Assembly: GCF_009914755.1 (NCBI RefSeq)
Contig: NC_060933.1
DNA: 64,000 nt
Reading direction: 5' to 3' (one strand)
From: the human T2T-CHM13v2.0 reference genome, Homo sapiens
A program made the translations under genes and the position numbers. The first letter of the stretch is position 1. The number at the start of each line of letters is the position of its first letter. Below are positions 1 to 12,379 of the stretch, piece by piece. Below the pieces are notes generated by a model. That model made no database searches. It was not told where the DNA came from and worked only from the letters and a program-made list of their open reading frames with translations.

Positions 1-985
1 ATGGAGTGGAATGGAATGGAATGGAATGGAATGGAACAACCCGAATGGAATGGAATGTAATGGAGAGTAAGGGAGTTGAATAGAATCAATCCGAATGTAA
101 TGGAATGTAATGCAACGGAATGGAAAGGAATGGAATGGAATGGAATGGAATGCAATGGAATGGAATCAACCCGAGTACAATGGAATAGAATGGAATGGAA
201 TGGAATGGAGTGGAATGGAATGGAATGGAATGGAATGCCTTCAAACCGAATGGAATGGAAAGGAATGGAATCAACACGAGTGGAATGGAATGGAATGGAA
301 TGGAATGGAATGGAATGGAATGGAATGATACGGAATAGAATGGAATGCAACGAAATGGAATGGAATTGAATGGAATGGAATGGAATGGAATGGAATGGAA
401 TCGTTCCGAGTGGAATAGGAGGGAATGTATTCGAGTGGAATGGAAAGGAATGGAATCAACCAGAGTGGAATGGAAGGTAATGGAATGGAATGGAAACTAA
501 TAGAATGGAATCAACCCGAGTGGAATGGAATGGAAAGGACTGGAATGGAAAGGAATGGAATGGAATGGAATGGAATGGAATGGAATGGAATGGAATGGAA
601 TCAACGCGAGTGCAGGGGAATGGAATGGAATCGAATGGAATGGAATGGAATGGAATCAACCCGAGTGCAGGGGAATGTAAGGGAACGGAATGCAATGGAA
701 TGGAATCATCCGGAATGGAATGGAATGGAATGGAATGGAATCAACCCGAGTGCAATGGAATAGAGCGGAATGGAAAGGAATGGAATGGAACAACCCGAAT
801 GGAATGGAATGTAATGGAGAGAAAGGGAGTTGAAAAGAATCAATCCGAATGTAATGGAATGGAATGGAACGGAATGGAATGGAATGGAATGGAATGGAAT
901 GGAATGCAATGGAATGGAATCAACCCGAGTAAAATGGAATGGAATGGAATGGAATGGAATGGAATGGAATGGAATGCAATGGAAT

Positions 986-1000
986 GGAATCTTCCGGAAT
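986..1000. promoter_or_regulatory. Canonical heat-shock element consensus match gGAAt-cTTCc-gGAAt (representative of ~20 left-arm copies)
   Basis: Exact nGAAnnTTCnnGAAn. Other starts are 2459, 4940, 5754, 6578, 7406, 10192, 10990, 12793, 14546, 17575, 18597, 21378, 22176, 23974, 25726, 28750, 29767, 32937 and 37512. The motif match is direct; function is inferred. Confidence 0.65.
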
Positions 1001-2011
1001 GGAATGGAATGGAATGGAATGGAATGGAATGGAATGCAATGGATTCAACTCCATTGCAATGGAATGGAATAGAATGGAATGGAATGGAATGGAATTAAAC
1101 CGAATAGAATGGAATGGAATGGAATGGAACGGAACGGAACGGAACGGAACGGAGTGGAATGGAATGGAATGGAATTGTATGGAATGGAATGGAATGTTAC
1201 GGAATAGAATGGAATGGAAAGAATTGGAATGGAATGGAATCGAATGGAATGGAGTGGAATGGAGTGGAATCAACCCGAGTGCAGGGGAATGTAATGGAAC
1301 GGAATGCAATGGAATGGAATCATCCGGAATGGAATGGAATGGAACGGAATCAACCCGAGTGCAATGGAATGGAGTGGAATGGAATGGAATGGAATGGAAC
1401 AACCGGAATGGAATGTAATGTAATGGAGAGTTAGGGAGTTGAATAGAATCAATCCGAATGTAATGGAATGGAACGGAACGGAATGGAATGGAATGGAATT
1501 GAATGGAATGCAATGGAATGGAATCAACCCGAGTACAATGGAACGGAATGGAATGGAATGGAATGGAATGGAATGGAATGGAATGGAATGGAATGGAATC
1601 AACCCGAGTGCAATGGAATGGAGAGGAATGGAATGGAATGGAATGGAAACTACCCGAATGGAATGGAATGTAATGGAGTGTAAGGGAATTGAATAGAATC
1701 AATCCGAATGGAATGGAATGGAACGGAATGTAATGGAATGGAATGGAATGGAATCAACCCGAGTGCAGGGGAATGGAATGGAAAGGAATGCAATGGAATG
1801 GAATCATCCGGAATGGAATGGAATGGAATGCAATGGAATGGAATGGAATGGAATCAACCCGAGTGCAATGGAATGGAGTGAAATGGAATGGAATGGAATT
1901 GAAACAACCAGAATGGATTGGAATATAATGGAGTGTAAGGGAATTGAATAGAATCAATCTGAATGTAATGAAATGGAATGGAACGGAATGGAATGGAATG
2001 GAATGGAATGG

Positions 2012-2170
2012 AATCAACCCGAGTGCAATCGAATAGAATCGAATGGAATGGAATGCAATGGAATGGATTCAACTTGAATGGAATGGAAAGAATGGAATCA
2101 ACACGAGTGGAATGGCATGGATTGGAATGGAATGGAATGGAATCAACCCGAGTACAGGGGAATGGAATGG
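2012..2170 (+). repeat. pHuR98-like Sat III module (representative copy; recurs in both arms)
   Basis: AATCAACCCGAGTGCAATCG...GGATTCAACTTGAAT...GGAAAGAAT...CAACACGAGT...GGCATGGATT...CAACCCGAGTACAGGGG spans about 160 bp. It matches my recollection of the chromosome 9 Sat III clone pHuR98 and its primer sites; this is not verified by alignment. Confidence 0.6.
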
Positions 2171-4180
2171 AATGGAATGCAATGGAATGGAATCATCCGT
2201 AATGGAATGGAAAGGAATGGAATGGAATGGAATGGAATGGAATGGAATCAACTCGATTGCAATCGAATGGAATGGAATGGAATTAACCCGAATAGAATGG
2301 AATGGAATGGAATGGAACGGAACGGAACGGAATGGAATGGAATGGAATGGAATGGAATGGAATGGAATGGAACGGAACGGAACGGAATGGAATGGAATGG
2401 AATGGAATGGAATCAACGCGAGTGCAGGGGAATGGAATGGAATGGAATGCAATGGAATGGAATCTTCCGGAATGGAATGGAATGGAATGGAATGGAATGA
2501 AATGCAATGGATTCAAATCGATTGCAATGGAATGGAATAGAATGGAATGGAATGGAATGGAATTAACCCAAATAGAATGGAATGGAATGGAATGGAACGG
2601 AATGGAACGGAATGGAATGGAATGGAATGGAATGGAATGGTATGGAATGGAATGGAATGGTACGGAATAGAATGGAATGGAACGAATTGTAATGGAATGG
2701 AATTCAATGGAATGGAATGGAATGGAATGGAATCAACGCGAGTGCAGGGGAATGTAATGGAACGGAATGCAATGGAATGGAATCATCCGAAATGGAATGG
2801 AATGGAATGGAATCGAATGGAATCAACCCGAGTGCAATGGAATGGAGTGAATTGGAATGGAATGGAATGGAATGGAACAACCCGAAAGGAATGGAATGTA
2901 ATGGAGAGTAAGGGAGTTGAATAGAATCAATCCGAATGTAATGGAATGGAATGCAACGGAATGGAATGCAATGGAATGGAATGGAATGCAATGGAATGGA
3001 ATCAACCAGAGTACAATGAAATGGAATGGAATGGAATGGAATGGAATGGAATGGAATGGAATGGAATGCCTTCAAACCGAATGGAATGGAAAGGAATGGA
3101 ATCAACACGAGTGGAATGGAATGGAATGGAATGGAATGGAATGGAATGGAATGGAATGGAATGATACGGAATAGAATGGAATGGAACGAAATGGAATGGA
3201 ATGGAATGGAATGGAATGGAATGGAATGGAATCGTTCCGAGTGGAATAGGAAGGAATGTATTCGAGTGGAATGGAAAGGAATGGAATCAACCAGAGTGGA
3301 ATGGAAGGGAATGGAATGGATTGGAAACTAATACAATGGAATCAACCTGAGTGGAATGGAATGGAAAGGACTGGAATGGAAAGGAATGGAATGGAATGGA
3401 ATGGAATGGAATGGAATGGAATGGAATCAACGCGAGTACAGGGGAATGGAATGGAATCGAATGGAATAGAATGGAATGGAATGGAATCAACCCGAGTGCA
3501 GGGGAATGTAATGGAACGGAATGCAATGGAATGGAATCATCCGGAATGGAATGGAATGGAATGGAATGGAATGGAATCAACCCGAGTGCAATGGAATGGA
3601 GTGGAATGGAATGGAATGGAATGGAACAATCCGAATGGAATGGAATGTAATGGAGAGTAAGGGATTTGAAAAGAATCAATCCGAATGTAATGGAATGGAA
3701 CGGAATGGAATGGAATGGAATGGAATGGAATGGAATGGAATGGAATGCAATGGAATGGAATCAACCCGAGTACAATGGAATGGAATGGAATGGAATGGAA
3801 TGGAATGGAATGGAATGGAATGACACGGAATAGAATGGAATGGAACGAAATGGAATGGAATGGAATGGAATGGAATGCAATGGAATGGAATGCAATGGAA
3901 TGGAATCGTTCCGAGTGGAATAGGAGGGAATGTATTCGAGTGGAATGGAAAGGAATGGAATCAACAAGAGTGGAATGGAAGAGAATGGAATGGAATGGAA
4001 ACTAATAGAATGGAATCAACCCGAGTGGAATGGAATGGAAAGGACTGGAATAGAATGGAATGGAATGGAATCAACTCGACTGTAATGGAATGGAATGGAA
4101 TGGAATGGAATGGAATGGAATGGAATGGAATCAACCCGAGTGCAATGGAATGGAGTGGAATGGAATGGAATGGAATGGAA

Positions 4181-7100
4181 CAACCCGAATGGAATGGAAT
4201 GTAATGGAGAGTAAGGGAGTTGAATAGAATCAATCCGAATGTAATGGAATGGAATGGAACGGAATGGAATTGAATGGAATGGAATGGAATGCAATGGAAT
4301 GGAATCAACCCGAGTGCAATGGAATGGAGAGGAATGGAATGGAATGGAATGGAAACTACCCGAATGGAATGTAATGTAATGGAGTGTAAGGGAATTGAAT
4401 AGAATCAATCCGAATGTAATGGAATGGAATGGAACGGAACGGAATGGAATGGAATGGAATGGAATGGAATGGAATGGAATGCAATGGAATGGAATCAACC
4501 CGAGTGCAATCGAATGGAATCGATTGGAATGGAATGCAATGGAATGGATTCAACTTGAATGCAATGGAAAGAATGGAATCAACACGAGTGGAATGGCAAG
4601 GATTGGAATGGAATGGAATGGAATCAACCCGAGTACAGGGGAATGGAATGGAATGGAATGCAATGGAATGGAATCATCCGTAATGGAATGGAAAAGAAAG
4701 GAATGGAATGGAATGGAATGGAATGGAATGGAATGGAATGGAATCAACTCGATTGCAATCGAATGGAATGGAATGGAATTAACCCGAATAGAATGGAATG
4801 GAATGGAATGGGACGGAACGGAATGGAATGGAATGGAAAGGAATGGAATGGAATGGAACGGAACGGAATGGAATGGAATGGAATGCAATGGAATCAATGC
4901 GAGTGCAGGGGAATGGAATGGAATGGAATGCAATGGAATGGAATCTTCCGGAATGGAATGGAATGGAATGGAATGGAATGAAATGCAATGGATTCAACTA
5001 GATTGCAATGGAATGGAATAGAATGGAATGGAATGGAATGGAATGGAATTAATCCGAATAGAATGGAATGGAATGGAATGGAACAGAATGGAACGGAATG
5101 GAATGGAATGGAATGGAATGGAACGGTATGGAATGGAATGGAATGGTACGGAATAGAATGGAATGGAACGAATTATAATGGAATGGAATTGAATGGAATG
5201 GAATGGAATGGAATGGAATCAACGCGAGTGCAGGGGAATGTAATGGAACGGAATGCAATGTAATGGAATCATACGGAATGGAATGGAATGGAATGGAATG
5301 GAATGGAATGGAAAGGAATCAACCCGAGTGCAATGGAATGGAGTGGAATGGAATGGAATGGAAAGGAATCAACCCGAGTGCAATGGAATGGAGTGGAATG
5401 GAATGGAATGGAATGGAACAACCCGAATGGAATGGAATGTAATGGAGAGTAAGGGAGTTGAATAGAATCAATCCGAATGTAATGGAATGGAATGCAACGG
5501 AATGGAATGGAATGGAATGCAATGGAATTGAATCAACCCGAGTACAATGGAATGGAATGGAATGGAATGGAATGGAATGGAATGGAATGATACGGAATAG
5601 AATGGAATGGAACGAAATGCAATGGAATGGAATGGAATGGAATGGAATGGAATTAACCCGAATACAATGGAATGGAATGGAATGGAACGGAATGGAGTGG
5701 AATGGAATGGAATCAACCCGAGTGCAGGGGAATGGAATGGAATGCAATGGAATGGAATCTTCCGGAATGGAATGGAATGGAATGGAATGCAAAGCAATGG
5801 AATCAACTCGATTGCAATGGAATGGAATGGAATGGATAGGAATACATTGGAAACAACCCGAGTGGAATGGAATGGAAAGGACTGGAATGGAGTGGAATGG
5901 AATGGAATGGAATGGAATGGAATGGAATCAACTCGATTGGAATGGAATGGAATTGAATGGAATGGAATTAACCCGAATAGAATGGAATGGAATGGAACGG
6001 AACGGAATGGAATTGAATGGAATGGAATTAACCCGAATAGAATGGAATGGAATGGAACGGAACGGAATGGAATGGAATGGAATGGAATGGAATGGAATGG
6101 AATGGAATCAACCCGACTGCAGGGGAATGGAATGGAATGGAATGCAATGGAATGGATTCAACTTGAATGGAATGGAAAGAATGGAATCAACACGAGTGGA
6201 ATGGCATGGATTGGAATGGAATGGAATGGAATCAACCCGAGTACAGGGGAATGGAATGGAATGGAATGCAATGGAATGGAATCATCCGTAATGGAATGGA
6301 AAGGAATGGAATGGAATGGAATGGAATGGAATAGAATGGAATGGAATCAACTCGATTGCAATCGAATGGAATGGAATGGAATTAACCCGAATAGAATGGA
6401 ATGGAATGGAATGGAACGGAACGGAACGGAACGGAATGGAATGGATTGGAATGGAATGGAATGGAATGGAATGGAACGGAAAGGAATGGAATGGAATGGA
6501 ATGGAATGCAATGGAATGGAATGGAATGGAATCAACGCGAGTGCAGGGGAATGGAATTGAATGGAATGCAATTGAATGGAATCTTCCGGAATTGAATGGA
6601 ATGGAATGGAATGGAATGGAATGGAATAAACCCGAGTGCAATGGAATGGAGTGGAAAGGAATGGAATGGAATGGAACAACCCGAATGGAATGGAATGTAA
6701 TGGAGAGTAAGGGAGTTGAATAGAATCAATCCGAATGTAATGGAATGGAATGGAACGGAATGGAATTGAATGGAATGGAATGGAATGCAATGGAATGGAA
6801 TCAACCCGAGAGCAATGGAATGGAGAGGAATGGAATGGAATGGAATGGAAGCTACCCGAATTAAATGGAATGTAATGGAGTGTAAGGGAATTGAATAGAA
6901 TCAATCCGAATGTAATGGAATGGAATGGAACGGAATGGAATGGAATGGAATGGAATGCAATGGAATGGAATCAACCCGAGTGCAATCGAATGGATTCCAA
7001 TGGAATGGAATGCAATGGAATGGATTCAACTTGACTGGAATGGAAAGAATGGAATCAACACGAGTGGAATGGCATGGATTGGAATGGAATGGAATGGAAT

Positions 7101-9047
7101 AAACCCGAGTACAGGGGAATGGAATGGAATGGAATGCAATGGAATGGAATCATCCGTAATGGAATGGAAAGGAATGGAATGGAATGGAATGGAATGGAAT
7201 GGAATGGAATCAACTCGATTGCAATCGAATGGAATGGAATGGAATTAACCCGAATAGAATGGAATGGAATGGAATGGGACGGAACGGAATGGAATGGAAT
7301 GGAAAGGAATGGAATGGAATGGAACGGAACGGAATGGAATGGAATGGAATGGAATGGAATCAATGCGAGTGCAGGGGAATGGAATGGAATGGAATGCAAT
7401 GGAATGGAATCTTCCGGAATGGAATGGAATGGAATGGAATGGAATGAAATGCAATGGATTCAACTAGATTGCAATGGAATGGAATAGAATGGAATGGAAT
7501 GGAATGGAATGGAATTAATCCGAATAGAATGGAATGGAATGGAATGGAACGGAATGGAACGGAATGGAATGGAATGGAATGGAATGGAACGGTATGGAAT
7601 GGAATGGAATGGTACGGAATACAATGGAATGGAACGAATTGTAATGGAATGGAATTGAATGGAATGGAATGGAATGGAATGGAATCAACGCGAGTGCAGG
7701 GGAATGTAATGGAACGGAATGCAATGGAATGGAATCATCCGGAATGGAATGGAATGGAATGGAATGGAATGGAAAGGAATCAACCCGAGTGCAATGGAAT
7801 GGAGTGGGATGGAATGGAATGGAATGGAACAACCCGAATGGAATGGAATGTAATGGAGAGTAAGGGAGTTGAATAGAATCAATCCGAATGTAATGGAATG
7901 GAATGCAACGGAATGGAATGGAATGGAATGCAATGGAATTGAATCAACCCGAGTACAATGGAATGGAATGGAATGGAATGGAATGGAATGGAATGGAATG
8001 GAATGGAATGATACGGAATAGAATGGAATGGAACGAAATGCAATGGAATGGAATGGAATGGAATGGAATGGAATTAACCCGAATACAATGGAATGGAATG
8101 GAATGGAACGGAATGGAGTGGAATGGAATGGAATCAACCCGAGTGCAGGGGAATGGAATGGTATGCAATGGAATGGAATCATCCGGAATGGAATGGAATG
8201 GAATGGAATGCAAAGCAATGGAATCAACTCGATTGCAATGGAATGGAATGGAATGGATAGGAATACATTGGAAACAACCCGAGTGGAATGGAATGGAAAG
8301 GACTGGAATGGAGTGGAATGGAATGGAATGGAATGGAATGGAATGGAATCAACTCGATTGGAATGGAATGGAATTGAATGGAATGGAATTAACCTGAATA
8401 GAATGGAATGGAATGGAACGGAACGGAATGGAATTGAATGGAATGGAATTAACCCGAATAGAATGGAATGGAATGGAACGGAACGGAATGGAATGGAATG
8501 GAATGGAATGGAATGGAATGGAATGGAATCAACCCGACTGCAGGGGAATGGAATGGAATGGAATGCAATGGAATGGATTCAACTTGAATGGAATGGAAAG
8601 AATGGAATCAACACGAGGGGAATGGCATGGATTCGAATGGAATGGAATGGAATCAACCCGAGTACAGGGGAATGGAATGGAATGGAATGCAATGGAATGG
8701 AATCATCCGTAATGGAATGGAAAGGAATGGAATGGAATGGAATGGAATGGAATAGAATGGAATGGAATCAACTCGATTGCAATCGAATGGAATGGAATGG
8801 AATTAACCCGAATAGAATGGAATGGAATGGAATGGAACGGAACGGAACGGAATGGAATGGATTGGAATGGAATGGAATGGAATGGAATGGAACGGAAAGG
8901 AATGGAATGGAATGGAATGGAATGGAATGGAATGGAATCAACGCGAGTGCAGGGGAATGGAATTGAATGGAATGGAATGGAATGGAATGGAATGGAATAA
9001 ACCCGAGTGCAATGGAATGGAGTGGAAAGGAATGGAATGGAATTCAA
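4181..9047 (+). repeat. Tandem ~2.4-2.5 kb units (4181-6676, 6677-9047)
   Basis: Private variants GGGAC (4810/7276), CAATGCGAG (4895/7361) and CAACTAGATT (4995/7461) recur at an offset of 2466, as does AACGGTATGG. Confidence 0.8.
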
Positions 9048-10290
9048 CAACCCGAATGGAATGGAATGTAATGGAGAGTAAGGGAGTTGAATAGAATCAA
9101 TCCGAATGTAATGGAATGGAATGCAACGGAATGGAATGGAATGGAATGCAATGGAATTGAATCAACCCGAGTACAATGGAATGGAATGGAATGGAATGGA
9201 ATGGAATGGAATGGAATGGAATGATACGGAATAGAATGGAATGGAACGAAATGCAATGGAATGGAATGGAATGGAATGGAATGGAATTAACCCGAATACA
9301 ATGGAATGGAATGGAATGGAACGGAATGGAGTGGAATGGAATGGAATCAACCCGAGTGCAGGGGAATGGAATGGTATGCAATGGAATGGAATCATCCGGA
9401 ATGGAATGGAATGGAATGGAATGCAAAGCAATGGAATCAACTCGATTGCAATGGAATGGAATGGAATGGATAGGAATACATTGGAAACAACCCGAGTGGA
9501 ATGGAATGGAAAGGACTGGAATGGAGTGGAATGGAATGGAATGGAATGGAATGGAATGGAATCAACTCGATTGGAATGGAATGGAATTGAATGGAATGGA
9601 ATTAACCTGAATAGAATGGAATGGAATGGAACGGAACGGAATGGAATTGAATGGAATGGAATTAACCCGAATAGAATGGAATGGAATGGAACGGAACGGA
9701 ATGGAATGGAATGGAATGGAATGGAATGGAATGGAATGGAATCAACCCGACTGCAGGGGAATGGAATGGAATGGAATGCAATGGAATGGATTCAACTTGA
9801 ATGGAATGGAAAGAATGGAATCAACACGAGTGGAATGGCATGGATTCGAATGGAATGGAATGGAATCAACCCGAGTACAGGGGAATGGAATGGAATGGAA
9901 TGCAATGGAATGGAATCATCCGTAATGGAATGGAAAGGAATGGAATGGAATGGAATGGAATGGAATAGAATGGAATGGAATCAACTCGATTGCAATCGAA
10001 TGGAATGGAATGGAATTAACCCGAATAGAATGGAATGGAATGGAATGGAACGGAACGGAACGGAATGGAATGGATTGGAATGGAATGGAATGGAATGGAA
10101 CGGAAAGGAATGGAATGGAATGGAATGGAATGGAATGGAATGGAATCAACGCGAGTGCAGGGGAATGGAATTGAATGGAATGCAATTGAATGGAATCTTC
10201 CGGAATTGAATGGAATGGAATGGAATGGAATGGAATGGAATAAACCCGAGTGCAATGGAATGGAGTGGAAAGGAATGGAATGGAATTCAA
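7830..10290 (+). repeat. Nested tandem ~1.2-kb duplication (7830-9047, 9048-10290); repeated at about 19021-21476
   Basis: Both units carry GGTATGCAAT, AACCTGAAT, GGATTCGAAT and GAATTCAACAAC. The ORF pair 8028/9241 differs by 1213. Confidence 0.88.
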
Positions 10291-12379
10291 CAACCCGAAT
10301 GGAATGGAATGTAATGGAGAGTAAGGGAGTTGAATAGAATCAATCCGAATGTAATGGAATGGAATGGAACGGAATGGAATTGAATGGAATGGAATGGAAT
10401 GCAATGGAATGGAATCAACCCGAGAGCAATGGAATGGAGAGGAATGGAATGGAATGGAATGGAAGCTACCCGAATTAAATGGAATGTAATGGAGTGTAAG
10501 GGAATTGAATAGAATCAATCCGAATGTAATGGAATGGAATGGAACGGAATGGAATGGAATGGAATGGAATGCAATGGAATGGAATCAACCCGAGTGCAAT
10601 CGAATGGATTCCAATGGAATGGAATGCAATGGAATGGATTCAACTTGACTGGAATGGAAAGAATGGAATCAACACGAGTGGAATGGCATGGATTGGAATG
10701 GAATGGAATGGAAGAAACCCGAGTACAGGGGAATGGAATGGAATGGAATGCAATGGAATGGAATCATCCGTAATGGAATGGAAAGGAATGGAATGGAATG
10801 GAATGGAATGGAATGGAATGGAATGGAATGGAATCAACTCGATTGCAATCGAATGGAATGGAATGGAATTAACCCGAATAGAATGGAATGGAATGGAATG
10901 GAACGGAACGAAATGGAATGGAATGGAATGGAATGGAATGGAATCAACGCGAGTGCAGGGGAATGGAAAGGAATGGAATGCAATGGAATGGAATCTTCCG
11001 GAATGGAATGGAATGGAATGGAATGGAATGGAATGGAATGGAATGGAATGAAATGCAATGGATTGAACTCGATTGCAATGGAATGGAATAGAATGGAATG
11101 GAATTGAATGGAATGGAATGGAATTAACCCGAATAGAATGGTATGGAATGGAATGGAACGGAATGGAACGGAATGGAATGGAATGGAATGGAATGGAATG
11201 GTATGGAATGGAATGGAATGGTACGGAATAGAATGGAATGGAAAGAATTGTAATGGAATGGAATTGAATGGAATGGAATGGAATGGAATGGAATCCACGC
11301 GAGTGGAGGGGAATGTAATGGAACGGAATGCAATGGAATGGAATCATCCGGAATGGAATGGAATGGAATGGAATGGAATGGAATCAACCCGAGTGCAATG
11401 GAATGGAGTGGAATGGAATGGAATGGAATGGAACAACCCGAATGGAATGGAATATAATGGAGAGTAAGGGAGTTGAATATAATCAATCCGAATGTAATGG
11501 AATGGAATGCAACGGAATGGAAAGGAATGGAATGGAATGGAATGGAATGCAATGGAATGGAATCAACCCGAGTACAATGGAATGGAATGGAATGGAATGG
11601 AATGGAATGGAATGGAATGGAATGCCTTCAAACCGAATGGAATGGAAAGGAATGGAATCAACACGAGTGGAATGGAATGGAATGGAATGGAATGGAATGG
11701 AATGGAATCGTTCCGAGTCGAATAGGAGGTAATGTATTCGAGTGGAATGGAAAGGAATGGAATCAACCAGAGTGGAATGGAAGGGAACGGAATGGAAGGG
11801 AAACTAATAGAATGGAATCAACCCGAGTGGAATGGAATGGAAAGGACTGGAATGGAAAGGAATGGAATGGAATGGAATGGAATCAACGCGAGTGCAGGGG
11901 AATGGAATGGAATCGAATGGAATGGAATGGAATGGAATGGAATCAACCCGAGTGCAGGGGAATGTAATGGAACGGAATGCAATGGAATGGAATCATCCGG
12001 AATGGAATGGAATGGAATGGAATGGAATCAACCCGAGTGCAATGGAATGGAGTTGAATGGAATGGAATGGAATGGAATGGATTTAATCCGAATAGAATGG
12101 AATGGAATGGAATGGAACGGAATGGAACGGAATGGAATGGAATGGAATGGAATGGAATGGTATGGAATGGAATGGAATTCAATGGAATGGAATCAACCCG
12201 AGTGCAATGGAAAGGAGAGGAATGGAATGGAATGGAATGGAAACTACCCGAATGGAATGGAATGTAATGGAGTGTAAGGGAATTGAAAAGAATCAATCCG
12301 AATGTAATGGAATGGAATGGAACGGAATGGAATAGAATGGAATGGAATGGAATCAACCCGAGTGCAATCGAATGAAATC

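Larger units (their letters stand above)
1..3760 (+). repeat. ~0.9-kb block repeated at 2831-bp offset (about 1-930 and 2830-3760)
   Basis: Both copies share the module order TAAGGGAG, TGCCTTCAAACCG, GATACGG, CGTTCCGAGT, AAACTAAT. ORF-track pairs 271/3102 and 425/3256 both differ by 2831. Confidence 0.8.

Noticed and set aside
60-100. DUX4 site or promoter/SD-like motif in the GAGAGTAAGGGAGTTGAATAGAATCAATCC module
   Set aside because: GAATAGAATCA is three mismatches from TAATCTAATCA. The purine-rich stretch is an in-phase degenerate pentamer run with no supporting context.
610-680. G-quadruplex from GCAGGGG tracts
   Set aside because: The G-tracts are isolated and tens of bases apart, so four closely spaced tracts are not present.
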